This document shows positions 50,758-59,494 of a stretch of DNA of 64,000 bases, piece after piece (position 1 is the first letter of the stretch; each line of letters opens with the position of its first letter). Where the stretch lies: assembly GCA_900541125.1 (NCBI GenBank), contig UQIK01000009.1, positions 2,829 through 66,828 on the forward strand, given 5' to 3'. The position numbers and the translations under genes are program-made. The notes below the pieces were generated by a model, which had not been told where the DNA came from, ran no database searches, and saw only the letters and a program-made list of their open reading frames with translations. Origin of the DNA: an uncultured Collinsella sp. (GTDB lineage Bacteria; Actinomycetota; Coriobacteriia; Coriobacteriales; Coriobacteriaceae).

Positions 50758-51456
50758 TTACGCCTCCTTTTTCTGCTTGTCGCGGGCGGCCTTGGCGGCA
50801 AGCGCCGCGCGGACCTTGGCTGCTTTCTCGGGATCCATGGCGGCGAGCTTTGCCTCCATCTCGGCAGCCTTGAGCGCGGCCTTCGCAGCAGTTTCATCGT
50901 GCTGAGCATCGGAGCCGGCAGCCGCAGCGGGCTGAGCGACGGCAGCGCCCGCAGTGCCCTCCTCTGCAGCAGCCGCAGCGGCGGCCTTTTCGGCCGCGGC
51001 CTTGCGCGCCTTGGCCTCGGCAGCGGCACGGACCTTCATGGCTTTCTCGCGCGCGGCCTTCACCTCGGGCGTGATAACGCTCATGGGCTCGGCAGTCGAA
51101 ACCTGGTAGAAAAAGCCCTTAAAGTCGATCTGCATGTCGGTGATGGCAAGGCCAAACAGGTCGTGGGCCTCATTTTCAAACGGGAACACCGCCGGATAGT
51201 ACGAGCTGATGGACGGAATCTCCTGGTACTGGTCGATGCCCTCAACCACCAGGTTCTCAATCGCATAGCTGCCGTCCTGCGCAATATGCTCCTGAGCAGC
51301 ACGAACGTTGATAAACGTATAGACCAAGCGATACGAGCCGTCGTCGACATTGCGCTCGGCGTGCATTTGCACAAAGCGCGCGCCGACGCCCTTAAGCGCC
51401 TGGACATGCGACAGGAGCTCTTCGATCCCGACGGTGGTATAGATTGCCTTTTGCAT
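50758..51456 (-). CDS. NuoC/EchD-like hydrogenase subunit with a ~95-aa Ala/Lys/Glu-rich C-terminal tail
   Basis: A NuoC-like core (YPAVFPFENEAHDLFG) is followed by AAREKAMKVRAAAEAKARKAAAEKAAAAAAA...AALAAKAARDKQKKEA. Confidence 0.8.
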   Translation of the reverse strand: MQKAIYTTVGIEELLSHVQALKGVGARFVQMHAERNVDDGSYRLVYTFINVRAAQEHIAQDGSYAIENLVVEGIDQYQEIPSISSYYPAVFPFENEAHDLFGLAITDMQIDFKGFFYQVSTAEPMSVITPEVKAAREKAMKVRAAAEAKARKAAAEKAAAAAAAEEGTAGAAVAQPAAAAGSDAQHDETAAKAALKAAEMEAKLAAMDPEKAAKVRAALAAKAARDKQKKEA

Positions 51457-52007
51457 TACTCGGCCTCCCTTGCAGCGGCGGTCGCGTCGCCGGCCCCCGC
51501 AGCCACAAACCCGTCCTCGCCCAGCTCAACGCCACCGTCCCAAGTAGCGGCACCGCCCACGGTAAGCGGGTCGCCGCCGGCGCGCATCACGGCCTCCTTC
51601 TGGTCCAGGATGCCACACGCCTCCACGATGGCATCGATCACCGTCTCGGGGCGAATGGCGCACCCGGGCGCGTACACGTCCACGGGAATCGCACGGTCCA
51701 CGCCGCCGATCACGTTGTAGGCATCGCGGAACACGCCGCCCGAACACGCGCAGATGCCGCACGCCACCACGCACTTGGGCTCGAGCATCTGGTTGTAAAT
51801 CTGGCGCACGACGGGCAGGTTCTGGGCATTGACCGAACCCGTCACCAAAAAGATGTCCGCATGCTTGGGGTTGCCGGTGTTGACCACGCCAAAGCGCTCC
51901 GCATCGAACAGCGGCGTGAGCGAGGCCAGCACCTCGATATCGCATCCGTTGCAGCTCGAACCGTCGTAATGAATAACCCACGGCGAGCGCGACATTTTAT
52001 GATCCAT
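51456..52007 (-). CDS. Group 4 [NiFe]-hydrogenase small subunit (EchC/NuoB-like)
   Basis: NuoB-type cysteines CNGCDIE, GICACSGG and APGC. Confidence 0.9.
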   Translation of the reverse strand: MDHKMSRSPWVIHYDGSSCNGCDIEVLASLTPLFDAERFGVVNTGNPKHADIFLVTGSVNAQNLPVVRQIYNQMLEPKCVVACGICACSGGVFRDAYNVIGGVDRAIPVDVYAPGCAIRPETVIDAIVEACGILDQKEAVMRAGGDPLTVGGAATWDGGVELGEDGFVAAGAGDATAAAREAE

Positions 52008-52019
52008 GGATGCCGCCTC

Positions 52020-54902
52020 CTAAATAAACACGTCGACGAGGATGGGCATAAGGTTGAGCAGGCCAAACACCAGCGCCACGCCCCATCCGAGCCTAAAGCA
52101 GCTGCGCCAGGTGCTGCGTGCGAAGGTGTTGTCGATCAGGACCTCGACAAAATACGTCGCGGCCATCACGACCAGGGCTACAACCCAGCTCACGGGGTTG
52201 TCCCAAACAAAGAACATGCCCACCCACATCAAAAACAGCACGGTCTCGCACCAGTGCATAAGGGTCATCTTGGCCAGCGTGCCGCCGCTCATCTCGGTGG
52301 CGACGCCCTGGACGATCTCCTGATGCGCGTGATGCGAGTACGAAAGGTCAAACGGCGACTTGCGCAGCTTGATGGTAAGCACCGCGAGCAACGCGAGAAA
52401 AATGGGTGCGCTGTACACGATGATGGGGGCCGACTGCCCCGTCACGGCGATGGAATCGAAGCTGTCGGTGGCAAGGTACAGGCCCACGCTCATCAGCAAA
52501 ACGGCGGGCTCGTAACTCATGACCTGCAGCAGCTCGCGGTCGGCGCCAACCTGGGCAAACGGGCTTTGCGTCGAGGCGGACGCCAGCACCACAAAGATCG
52601 CGGCGAGCGTCACCATAAAGGCGCACAGCAGCGTGTTGGAGCCCGATACAAAGATGCCGCCGCCTACCACGGTAAAGATGAGCGCGCACGCCATATAGGT
52701 GTCGTCCATGGTGTTTACGCTGGCGGGGGCCTTGCGCAGCAGCTTGGCCACATCGTAGAAGGGCTGCAGCAGACGCGGACCCACACGGCCCTGCATACGG
52801 GCCGAAAGCTTGCGGTCAAGACCGTCAATCAAACCGCCCACAAGCGGCGCAATCAAGGCAAACGCCACGGTACCAATAAATATGCCCACGACGCCCGAAC
52901 CTTCAAAATACTTGCCGCGCAACACCGAGGGCGCGCTCATGGCAAGTCTCTCGGGCCCAATCCACGCGCAACACAGCAGCGCAAACAAGATAATGCTGCA
53001 GCACACGACGCTACCCACGGGGCTAATACGCTTCTCGCCAAGGGCGTCCTCCGAGTACCAATTGCGCTTTTCGGCCTTCACCTCGTGTCCCATCGAGCCG
53101 CGGAAATGGCGATATTTGTCGGTTCCCACGCCCGAAAGGTACACGTTGACGTGCGGCTTATTGCTCACGCGGAACGACGTCAGCAGCACCACGGCGATAA
53201 AAGCCACGATAACCACCATCAGATACATGGCGTCCTTGCCGATAACGTACGGCACGCGGCCAAACACCATGGCCAAGTAAGGCGACACCAGACCGCTCGA
53301 GATAACCGGGAACGCCACGCAGCACAGAATCAGCAGCGCGGCGATGGTGTTGAGCGCCATCCATTCGGTCTTATGGACATTGACCTCAACGTTTTGAGCC
53401 GTGGGGTCGACGCCCGAAAGCTTGGCAAGCCACTTGCCCCAGAAGTAAAACGTCGCGGCCGAGCCAAAGGCCAGCACCATGATCATGAGCACGTTGCCGG
53501 TCTGCGCAAACGCCACCAGGGCGCCCCACTTGGACACGAGCATGCCAAACGGCGCCACAAACATGCCCATGATGCCCAGCATCATCAGGCGCGTCAGGTG
53601 CGGCATGCGGCTGAACATACCGTCCATGTCCTCGATATCGCGGCTGCCGATATGATGCTCGGCGGTGCCCACGCACAGGAACAGCAGCGACTTGGCCACC
53701 GTGTGGAACAGGATCAGGAAGATGGCTGCCCACACGGCCTCGGGCGCGCCGACGCCCAGGCAGGCACTGATGAGGCCCAAGTTGGAAATAGTGGAGTACG
53801 CGAGCACGCGTTTGGCGTTGCTCTGCGAGATGGCCATGAGGGCAGCGAGCAAAAACGTGATGGCACCCACACTCGTGACCATAAAGCCGGTCACGGGATA
53901 GATGGCATAGAGCGGGCTCAGCTTGACCATCAGGAACACGCCGGCTTTGACCATGGTTGACGAGTGCAGCAGGGCGCTCGTGGGCGTGGGGGCAACCATG
54001 GCACCCAGCAGCCAAGTGTGGAACGGCATCTGTGCGGCCTTGGTGAGCGCGGCGAGCGACAGCAGAACGACCGGCATCACCAGCAGCGCGGACTGCGCGG
54101 TTCCGGCGCCGGAAAGCTCGATCATGCCCGAGATGGTCAGCGGCATGCCGCTAACGTGCAGATACATGAGTCCGGCCAAAAACGCGATGCCGCCCAGCAT
54201 GTTGAGGATGATCTGGGTAAAGGCGTTCTTGATGGCCTCGGGCGTGCGCGTGTAGCCAATCATAAGGAACGAGCACACGGTGGTGATTTCCCAGCCGCAG
54301 AACAGCCACTCAAGGTTGTCGCTCGTCACGATGACGAACATGGCCGAGAGGAACAGGAACATAAGCGCCAGGAACTGCGGGCGACGGTCGGGCGTGGTCT
54401 GCCCGCGCAGCGCAGCCTCGTGCTCGTCGTGGGCCTGGAAGTCCTTCATGTATCCCAGGGCATACACGCAGATCAGGCTGCCGACAATGCCAACGGCGAG
54501 GACCATGATTACGCTCATGTAGTCCAGGTAGAGCGGGGTTGCGGTGACGGCTTCAGTCGCGGGCAGCGTCATGGTCGCAAAGGCGAGCGAGCCCACCAGC
54601 TGGACTATGCCGAACACCGTGGTGAGCGCGTTCCTATATTTGTATGCGTTGTACAGGATGACAGCGCACAGGATGACATCGATGGCGGAGCTGATGATCG
54701 AGAGCACATGCGAGGTGCCGGGGGCAACCTCAAAGCTCTGCGGACCCGTGCCAAAAAACATGACGGCGACTACAACTGTCACCGCCATAATAATGCCGGA
54801 GCCTATGAGCCCCACCGCATCGCGGGCGCGGTCACCGCGCGCGAGCAGCATGCCCAGCGCCGGTACCAGCGGAAACAGGGTAAGGAAATACAGTAGCGTC
54901 AT
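52020..54902 (-). CDS. Fused membrane subunit: NuoL/EchA-like antiporter module (about 650 aa) plus NuoH/EchB/HycD-like module (about 300 aa)
   Basis: The N-terminal part carries proton-pumping-subunit motifs (AQMPFHTWLLGAMVAPTPTSALLHSSTMVKAGVF). The C-terminal part carries RKLSARMQGRVGPRLLQPFYDVAKLL and SPFDLS...EIVQGVATEMSG (NuoH/HycD signatures). Together they form one uninterrupted 960-aa frame. Confidence 0.85.
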   Translation of the reverse strand: MTLLYFLTLFPLVPALGMLLARGDRARDAVGLIGSGIIMAVTVVVAVMFFGTGPQSFEVAPGTSHVLSIISSAIDVILCAVILYNAYKYRNALTTVFGIVQLVGSLAFATMTLPATEAVTATPLYLDYMSVIMVLAVGIVGSLICVYALGYMKDFQAHDEHEAALRGQTTPDRRPQFLALMFLFLSAMFVIVTSDNLEWLFCGWEITTVCSFLMIGYTRTPEAIKNAFTQIILNMLGGIAFLAGLMYLHVSGMPLTISGMIELSGAGTAQSALLVMPVVLLSLAALTKAAQMPFHTWLLGAMVAPTPTSALLHSSTMVKAGVFLMVKLSPLYAIYPVTGFMVTSVGAITFLLAALMAISQSNAKRVLAYSTISNLGLISACLGVGAPEAVWAAIFLILFHTVAKSLLFLCVGTAEHHIGSRDIEDMDGMFSRMPHLTRLMMLGIMGMFVAPFGMLVSKWGALVAFAQTGNVLMIMVLAFGSAATFYFWGKWLAKLSGVDPTAQNVEVNVHKTEWMALNTIAALLILCCVAFPVISSGLVSPYLAMVFGRVPYVIGKDAMYLMVVIVAFIAVVLLTSFRVSNKPHVNVYLSGVGTDKYRHFRGSMGHEVKAEKRNWYSEDALGEKRISPVGSVVCCSIILFALLCCAWIGPERLAMSAPSVLRGKYFEGSGVVGIFIGTVAFALIAPLVGGLIDGLDRKLSARMQGRVGPRLLQPFYDVAKLLRKAPASVNTMDDTYMACALIFTVVGGGIFVSGSNTLLCAFMVTLAAIFVVLASASTQSPFAQVGADRELLQVMSYEPAVLLMSVGLYLATDSFDSIAVTGQSAPIIVYSAPIFLALLAVLTIKLRKSPFDLSYSHHAHQEIVQGVATEMSGGTLAKMTLMHWCETVLFLMWVGMFFVWDNPVSWVVALVVMAATYFVEVLIDNTFARSTWRSCFRLGWGVALVFGLLNLMPILVDVFI

Positions 54903-55044
54903 ACCATCACTCCCCCATGCAAAAACGCTGCAATTGTTTAACGTTATAGCTCAATTACGGGGTTACGGTGGCAGGTTTTCGGTCAACTGGGGAGTTTTAG
55001 GCGTACGGGGCAAGGGTACGTCCGCTTTGGAGCAGAGGGGCGGC

Positions 55045-55069
55045 AAGAAAAATGCGCCCCTGTGGGCGC
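55045..55069 (-). terminator. Rho-independent terminator between the HTH gene and the hydrogenase operon
   Basis: On the minus strand: GCGCCC-ACAG-GGGCGC followed by ATTTTTCTT. Confidence 0.6.
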
Positions 55070-55082
55070 ACCATCCCGTTTG

Positions 55083-55478
55083 CTATTCCGCCTTTTTAAC
55101 GCGCGGCTTGCGACCGCGTGGCTTATCGACCAGTGCGGCCTCACCGCTCTCGCGGTACTGACGGCACCAAGCCTTGACCGAAGACTCGCTGGGAATCTTG
55201 TGCTTGATCATGGCCTCGCGAACCGTCAAGCCGTTTTCCAGACGGTCCTTAACCACAGCGAGCTTTACGTCGTACGAGTAGGTGTGATGATGCGAACCGG
55301 CATTGAGAACGGCGTCGGCACCGCCCACGGCATACGCGCGGGCCCACTGACGAGCCGTGGCCTGGGGAATGCCAAGCTCCGCGGCGAGGGCGCGATGACC
55401 AACCCCCTCTTGGAGGATCTCGACGGCGCGCTGCCTAACCTCGGGCGCATGCGTGCGAGTCCTAGTTGCTTCCGACAT
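55083..55478 (-). CDS. Orphan IS3-family OrfA-like helix-turn-helix protein (no OrfB or transposase catalytic gene nearby)
   Basis: EVRQRAVEILQEGVGHRALAAELGIPQATARQWARAY, a second HTH, and a basic tail KPRGRKPRVKKAE resemble IS3/IS150 OrfA. I prefer ATG 55478. Confidence 0.6.
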   Translation of the reverse strand: MSEATRTRTHAPEVRQRAVEILQEGVGHRALAAELGIPQATARQWARAYAVGGADAVLNAGSHHHTYSYDVKLAVVKDRLENGLTVREAMIKHKIPSESSVKAWCRQYRESGEAALVDKPRGRKPRVKKAE

Positions 55479-55810
55479 ACCTGCCACTTCTTAGCCTTAA
55501 CCGTTAATCTGCTTTCTTACGTGCAAGTTAGATAGTAGCATTTTACTGTTTGCTCAAAGCAGTTAATTAAAGTAGACGCGGCGTTATCTGGGCATTTGGC
55601 ACCAAATTACGACATTTCTTTATCGATTATTTACGCTGGTAGCTGACTCGCAGCTAATCGTCATTCGCTTGTCAACAAAATTGACATCTCTTTATGTCCT
55701 TTGGTATAGAGGATATAGTTATTAACCCCTCCCCCAATAATTTTGAGTGATCTGCAAGGCAGTAGACGTCCTCACTCCTCATGATTACCGCGCATTGCCA
55801 TCCACCGGAG

Positions 55811-55852
55811 CAAAACAAAAAAGGCGGGACCTGCTGCGCTTGCAGGCCCCGC
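55811..55852 (-). terminator. Rho-independent terminator of the reductase gene
   Basis: On the minus strand: GCGGGGCCTGCA-AGCGCA-GCAGGTCCCGCC followed by TTTTTTGTTTTG. Confidence 0.7.
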
Positions 55853-55927
55853 ACCGGTTGACACCCGACGGGACACAGCCGGGCGAGACGGATCCGTGCT
55901 ACCGCCCCGCCTGGCCGCGATGTTCAA

Positions 55928-57964
55928 CTACAGCTCGTTGGCCGCGTGATATGCCGTGCGAATGGCGCTCGCGATGTCGGCGGTGTGCTCGCCCGAGCAG
56001 TCTCCCACGTAGGTCACGGGCGCCGTCACGCCATCCAGGTCAAACGCGTTGGCCTTGGAGCCCACGGCCATCACCACGTAATCGCAGGCGATCTTCACCG
56101 GCTCCTCGGCGCCGTCCTCGGTGGTGCGAATGGCCTCCACGCCCTCGTCGGTAATGGCGGTCAGGCGGGTCTTCACGTGCTGCTCAACGTTATGCTCTGC
56201 AAAGTCGCTCATGATCAGCGGCAGAATGGTCTCGGACTCGCCCGCGGCAATCTTGTCGAGCATCTCCACGATCGCCACCTCGCAGCCGTGCTGCAGCAGG
56301 TACTCGGCGGTCTCGGTGCCCACCAGGCCGCCGCCAATGACGGCGACGCGGCCCGTAAGCTCCACCTTGCCGGCCAGCACATCCCAGCTCGAGACGACCT
56401 TCTCCGAGTCGGCACCCGGAACGGGGATGACCACGTCGTGTGCGCCCACAGCCACAATCGCGGCGTCGGCGGCGTTGAGGTCCGCGGGGCTAGCGACGTG
56501 GTTGAGCTCAACCTTCACGCCCAGGCCAGGCAGAATCTTCTCGTAGTACTCGACCGAGCGCATGATCTCGTCCTTGCGCGGAGGCGCAGCCGCCAGCACA
56601 ATCTGACCGCCCAAGTGATCGCTCGCCTCGTAGATGGTCACGTCGTAGCCGCGCTTGGCCGCCACGCGTGCGGCCTCCAGGCCGGCAATACCGCCGCCCA
56701 CCACGGCGATCTTCTTGTCGCCCTCGCCCGGCTTGATGGCGATGGTCGCCTCGTCACCGTTCTCGGCGTTGAGCACGCACGAGATGTACTTGCGGTTTTG
56801 GATCGCGTCGACGCAACCCTTGTTGCAGTTGAGGCACTCGCGGATGGGCTCGCCCGTGGCGGCCTTTAGCGCAATGTCGGGGTCGCACATGAGCGAGCGG
56901 CCATAGGCGATGATATCGGCCGCGCCGTCTTCCAGAATCTTCTCGCCGGCCTCGACCGAGACAACGCGGCCGACGGTTGCCACCGGCACGGAGACCAGGG
57001 CCTTGACGCGCTCGGCCACGGGCAGCGTCCAGTTGTAGGGCATGGCGCCCATGGGCGGAATGGTGTCGCCCATGTTGCCGGTGTGGTTGGCCTGTGCGAC
57101 CTGGATCATATCGATGCCCGCGCCCTCGAGCAACTTGGCAAACGCGCAGGCCTCGTCGGGCTGCAGGCCACCCTTGCCGCGCGGCGTGCCGTCGGGGTTC
57201 TCCATGATCACGGGGAGCTTGTACTCCACCATCAGCTGCGGCGCGGCTTCCTTAATGGCGGCGACAACCTCGAGCGCGTAGCGAACGCGATTCTCGAACG
57301 AGCCGCCGTACTCGTCGGTGCGCTGGTTGAGGATGGCCGAGCACAGCGAACCTACCAGGCGGTCGCCGTGGACCTCGATGGCATCGATCCCGGCCTGCTG
57401 CGCGCGAGCGGCCGAGGCGGCGATAGCCTCCTTGATCTGGGTGAGCTGCTCTACGCTCGCCTCGTTCACAAAGTGCTGCATGTCGTGGTGCAACTTGGCG
57501 TATGCCTGCTTGCGGATCTCGTTGGACTCGGCCATCTTGGCGGCAAAGGTCTCCTCGTCGCCGGCGGCCTTGGCCTCCTGTGCGGCCTTGGCAGCGACCA
57601 TGGATCCCATGACCATGCGACCGACACCGGGCACGTCGTACTCGGGGTGGAACAGCTGCAGCGCGACCTTGGCGCCGTGCTTGTGGACGGCGTCAGCCAG
57701 GGCCTTAAACGTGGGAATCTGAGCGTCGGTCGCCAGCTTGGGCGTGGGGCTCGCGGTCATAACGGGAGCAACGTCGCCGATGACGATGTAGCTCACGCCG
57801 CCACGGGCCAAGCGCTCGTAAAAAGCCAGGCTGCGCTCGCCAATGGAGCCGTCACGCTCCTCGTAGCCGGTGGTCAGCGGCGGAAACATAATGCGGTTTT
57901 TGAGCTCAAGGGGGCCAACCGTAATGGGCTGAAGCAGCTTGGATGCAGGTGCGGTCATGGACAT
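55928..57964 (-). CDS. NADH:flavin oxidoreductase / 2,4-dienoyl-CoA (enoate) reductase family protein
   Basis: An OYE barrel N-terminus (LKNRIMFPPLTTGY), the cysteine cluster CLNCNKGCVDAIQNRKYISC, and two Rossmann motifs VVGGGIAGLEAA and VIGGGLVGTETA. The start is ATG 57964 or 57958. Confidence 0.85.
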   Translation of the reverse strand: MSMTAPASKLLQPITVGPLELKNRIMFPPLTTGYEERDGSIGERSLAFYERLARGGVSYIVIGDVAPVMTASPTPKLATDAQIPTFKALADAVHKHGAKVALQLFHPEYDVPGVGRMVMGSMVAAKAAQEAKAAGDEETFAAKMAESNEIRKQAYAKLHHDMQHFVNEASVEQLTQIKEAIAASAARAQQAGIDAIEVHGDRLVGSLCSAILNQRTDEYGGSFENRVRYALEVVAAIKEAAPQLMVEYKLPVIMENPDGTPRGKGGLQPDEACAFAKLLEGAGIDMIQVAQANHTGNMGDTIPPMGAMPYNWTLPVAERVKALVSVPVATVGRVVSVEAGEKILEDGAADIIAYGRSLMCDPDIALKAATGEPIRECLNCNKGCVDAIQNRKYISCVLNAENGDEATIAIKPGEGDKKIAVVGGGIAGLEAARVAAKRGYDVTIYEASDHLGGQIVLAAAPPRKDEIMRSVEYYEKILPGLGVKVELNHVASPADLNAADAAIVAVGAHDVVIPVPGADSEKVVSSWDVLAGKVELTGRVAVIGGGLVGTETAEYLLQHGCEVAIVEMLDKIAAGESETILPLIMSDFAEHNVEQHVKTRLTAITDEGVEAIRTTEDGAEEPVKIACDYVVMAVGSKANAFDLDGVTAPVTYVGDCSGEHTADIASAIRTAYHAANEL

Positions 57965-58105
57965 TCCTCTCTTGTAGGCGCGGCGGCGATGTTGCCGCGT
58001 AGTTGTCTAGAGGATATGGCATGGGGGCACAGCGGCACAACAGAAATCGGCGGACAGCAGGTAGCGGCAGGTGGATGGGGCAGGGCGGGGCGGCCCGTCG
58101 GTTTA

Positions 58106-58160
58106 TCTCGATCTGTAACACCTAGCCGCCTAAATCGGGTCTAGATGTTACAGGTCGAGA
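58106..58160. repeat. Family-C palindrome (TCTCGATCTGTAACA-N25-TGTTACAGGTCGAGA), copy 4
   Basis: It belongs to the same family as 13552-13606, 13633-13687 and 14975-15028. It lies about 90 bp from the tRNA gene. Confidence 0.75.
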
Positions 58161-58208
58161 TTTTGTTTGAGAGGCCGAGAATTGGACCGAAAACACGGTC
58201 CCGAAATA

Positions 58209-58240
58209 ACAAAAAAGCTCGCCGGCTAGGCCGACGAGCT
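58209..58240 (-). terminator. Rho-independent terminator after the tRNA
   Basis: On the minus strand: AGCTCGTCGGC-CTA-GCCGGCGAGCT followed by TTTTTTGT, 10 nt after the tRNA CCA end. Confidence 0.7.
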
Positions 58241-58249
58241 GCAAGTTCT

Positions 58250-58326
58250 TGGTCGCGGGGGCAGGATTTGAACCTACGACCTCCGGGTTATGAGCCCGGC
58301 GAGCTACCAGACTGCTCCACCCCGCA
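58250..58326 (-). tRNA. Initiator tRNA-Met (anticodon CAT)
   Basis: The reverse complement reads TGCGGGG TG GAGC AGTCTGGTA GCTC G CCGGG CTCATAA CCCGG AGGTC GTAGG TTCAAAT CCTGC CCCCGCG A CCA. It has three G:C pairs closing the anticodon stem, A11:U24 and an encoded CCA, and is near-identical in layout to E. coli tRNA-fMet. Confidence 0.9.
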
Positions 58327-58357
58327 ATGTCTGGGCGCCTCATGTGCGCAAGAAAGA

Positions 58358-58386
58358 ATATTACGCGGGAGTTCGGTAAACGGCAA
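58358..58386 (-). promoter_or_regulatory. Sigma-70-like promoter for the tRNA gene
   Basis: On the minus strand: TTGCCG, a 17-nt spacer, then TAATAT. The -10 element ends 31 nt upstream of the mature tRNA 5' end. Confidence 0.5.
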
Positions 58387-58523
58387 GGAAAATCTCGTAG
58401 AGCATAATTCCTTCATATTTAAAACCCCTCAGCCCCTATCACCGTAAACGAATCGCGGCCGAGCGCCGTCGACGGCGCGTATACAATGGTGCGCGTCCTT
58501 TTATGCCAACACCGGGAGTAGAC

Positions 58524-59297
58524 ATGCTGCTCGCTATCGATATGGGAAACACGCAGACGGCCATGGGCCTGTTTGACGGAGACGAGCTGGTGCAGTCGTG
58601 GCGTATGCCCACCGACCGCTCCTATACCGCCGACGAGATCCACGTGCGCCTGATGGGCTTCTTTAAGATGTACGACCTCTCGCTCGACGCGGTCGACGCG
58701 ATCGCCTTTGCGGGCGTGGTGCCGCAGCTCTCGCGCGAATGGCACGCCGTGGCCGACCGCATTGCGGCGGATGCCATCGTCATCGGGCCGCAGACGGCCG
58801 CGGTGACCAAGCTGCGCGCGGCGCGTCCCCAGGCCGTGGGCGCCGACCGCATCGCCAACGCCGTCGCTGCCGAGACCTTCTACGACGCCCCGGCAATCGT
58901 GGTGGACTTTGGCACCGCAACCAACATCGACGTTATCGACGAGGACGGCTATTACATTGGCGGAGCGATTGCGCCGGGCATCCGCATCTCCATGGACGCG
59001 CTTGCCGCCCGCGCCGCCAAGCTCGCCAGCGTTCCGCTCGAGGCGCCCGAGCACGCCATCGGCCGCGATACCGAGGAGTGCATCAAGGTCGGCGCCGTAA
59101 CGGGCGCCGCCGCCATGGCTGAGGGCCTGGTCGCGCGCATGAAGCGCGAGCTGGGCCGCGAGGATGCCACCGTTATCGCCACGGGCGGTCTCGCCAGCAT
59201 CGTCGCCGATTCGACCGATGCCTTCGACGTGGTCGACGGACAACTCACCATCAAGGGCATCTGCGAAATCTACCGCCGCATGCAGGAGCTGGGGTAG
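58524..59297 (+). CDS. coaX: Type III pantothenate kinase
   Basis: MLLAIDMGNTQT and VVDFGTATNIDV motifs. ATG 58524 lies 6 nt after GGGAG; the track ORF starts 21 nt earlier. Confidence 0.9.
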   Translation: MLLAIDMGNTQTAMGLFDGDELVQSWRMPTDRSYTADEIHVRLMGFFKMYDLSLDAVDAIAFAGVVPQLSREWHAVADRIAADAIVIGPQTAAVTKLRAARPQAVGADRIANAVAAETFYDAPAIVVDFGTATNIDVIDEDGYYIGGAIAPGIRISMDALAARAAKLASVPLEAPEHAIGRDTEECIKVGAVTGAAAMAEGLVARMKRELGREDATVIATGGLASIVADSTDAFDVVDGQLTIKGICEIYRRMQELG

Positions 59298-59354
59298 GAC
59301 GGGGGCTTAAGTCGAGCACACCCGATGCCACAGCCCCCGCAAACGTTCGCCAAG

Positions 59355-59397
59355 CCTATTCCTCAAAACTGAATAATTATCAATTTTGAGGAATAGG
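59355..59397. terminator. Perfect 14-bp A/T-rich hairpin between convergent coaX and the BirA-like gene
   Basis: CCTATTCCTCAAAA-N15-TTTTGAGGAATAGG. Confidence 0.45.
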
Positions 59398-59494
59398 GCT
59401 GAGATGCCGCTCTGCAGTCACGCGAAGGCCCTCCCCGGCACAGGCCGAGGAGGGTCTTGTTGTCATCGTTATCTTTGAACGCGGGCGCCTCGCG

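Noticed and set aside
51444-53960. An 838-aa plus-strand ORF across the hydrogenase genes. Similar long antisense ORFs lie at 11830-13488, 5199-6719, 18459-19808, 31371-32633, 38483-39751, 42118-43839 and 59534-60904.
   Set aside because: All lie opposite genes with strong motif evidence. All have the biased R/H/G/A composition typical of non-coding frames in G+C-rich genomes.
55083-55927. A complete insertion sequence.
   Set aside because: Only an OrfA-like HTH ORF is present. There is no DDE transposase frame, no slippery frameshift site continuing into a second ORF and no terminal inverted repeats that I could identify.
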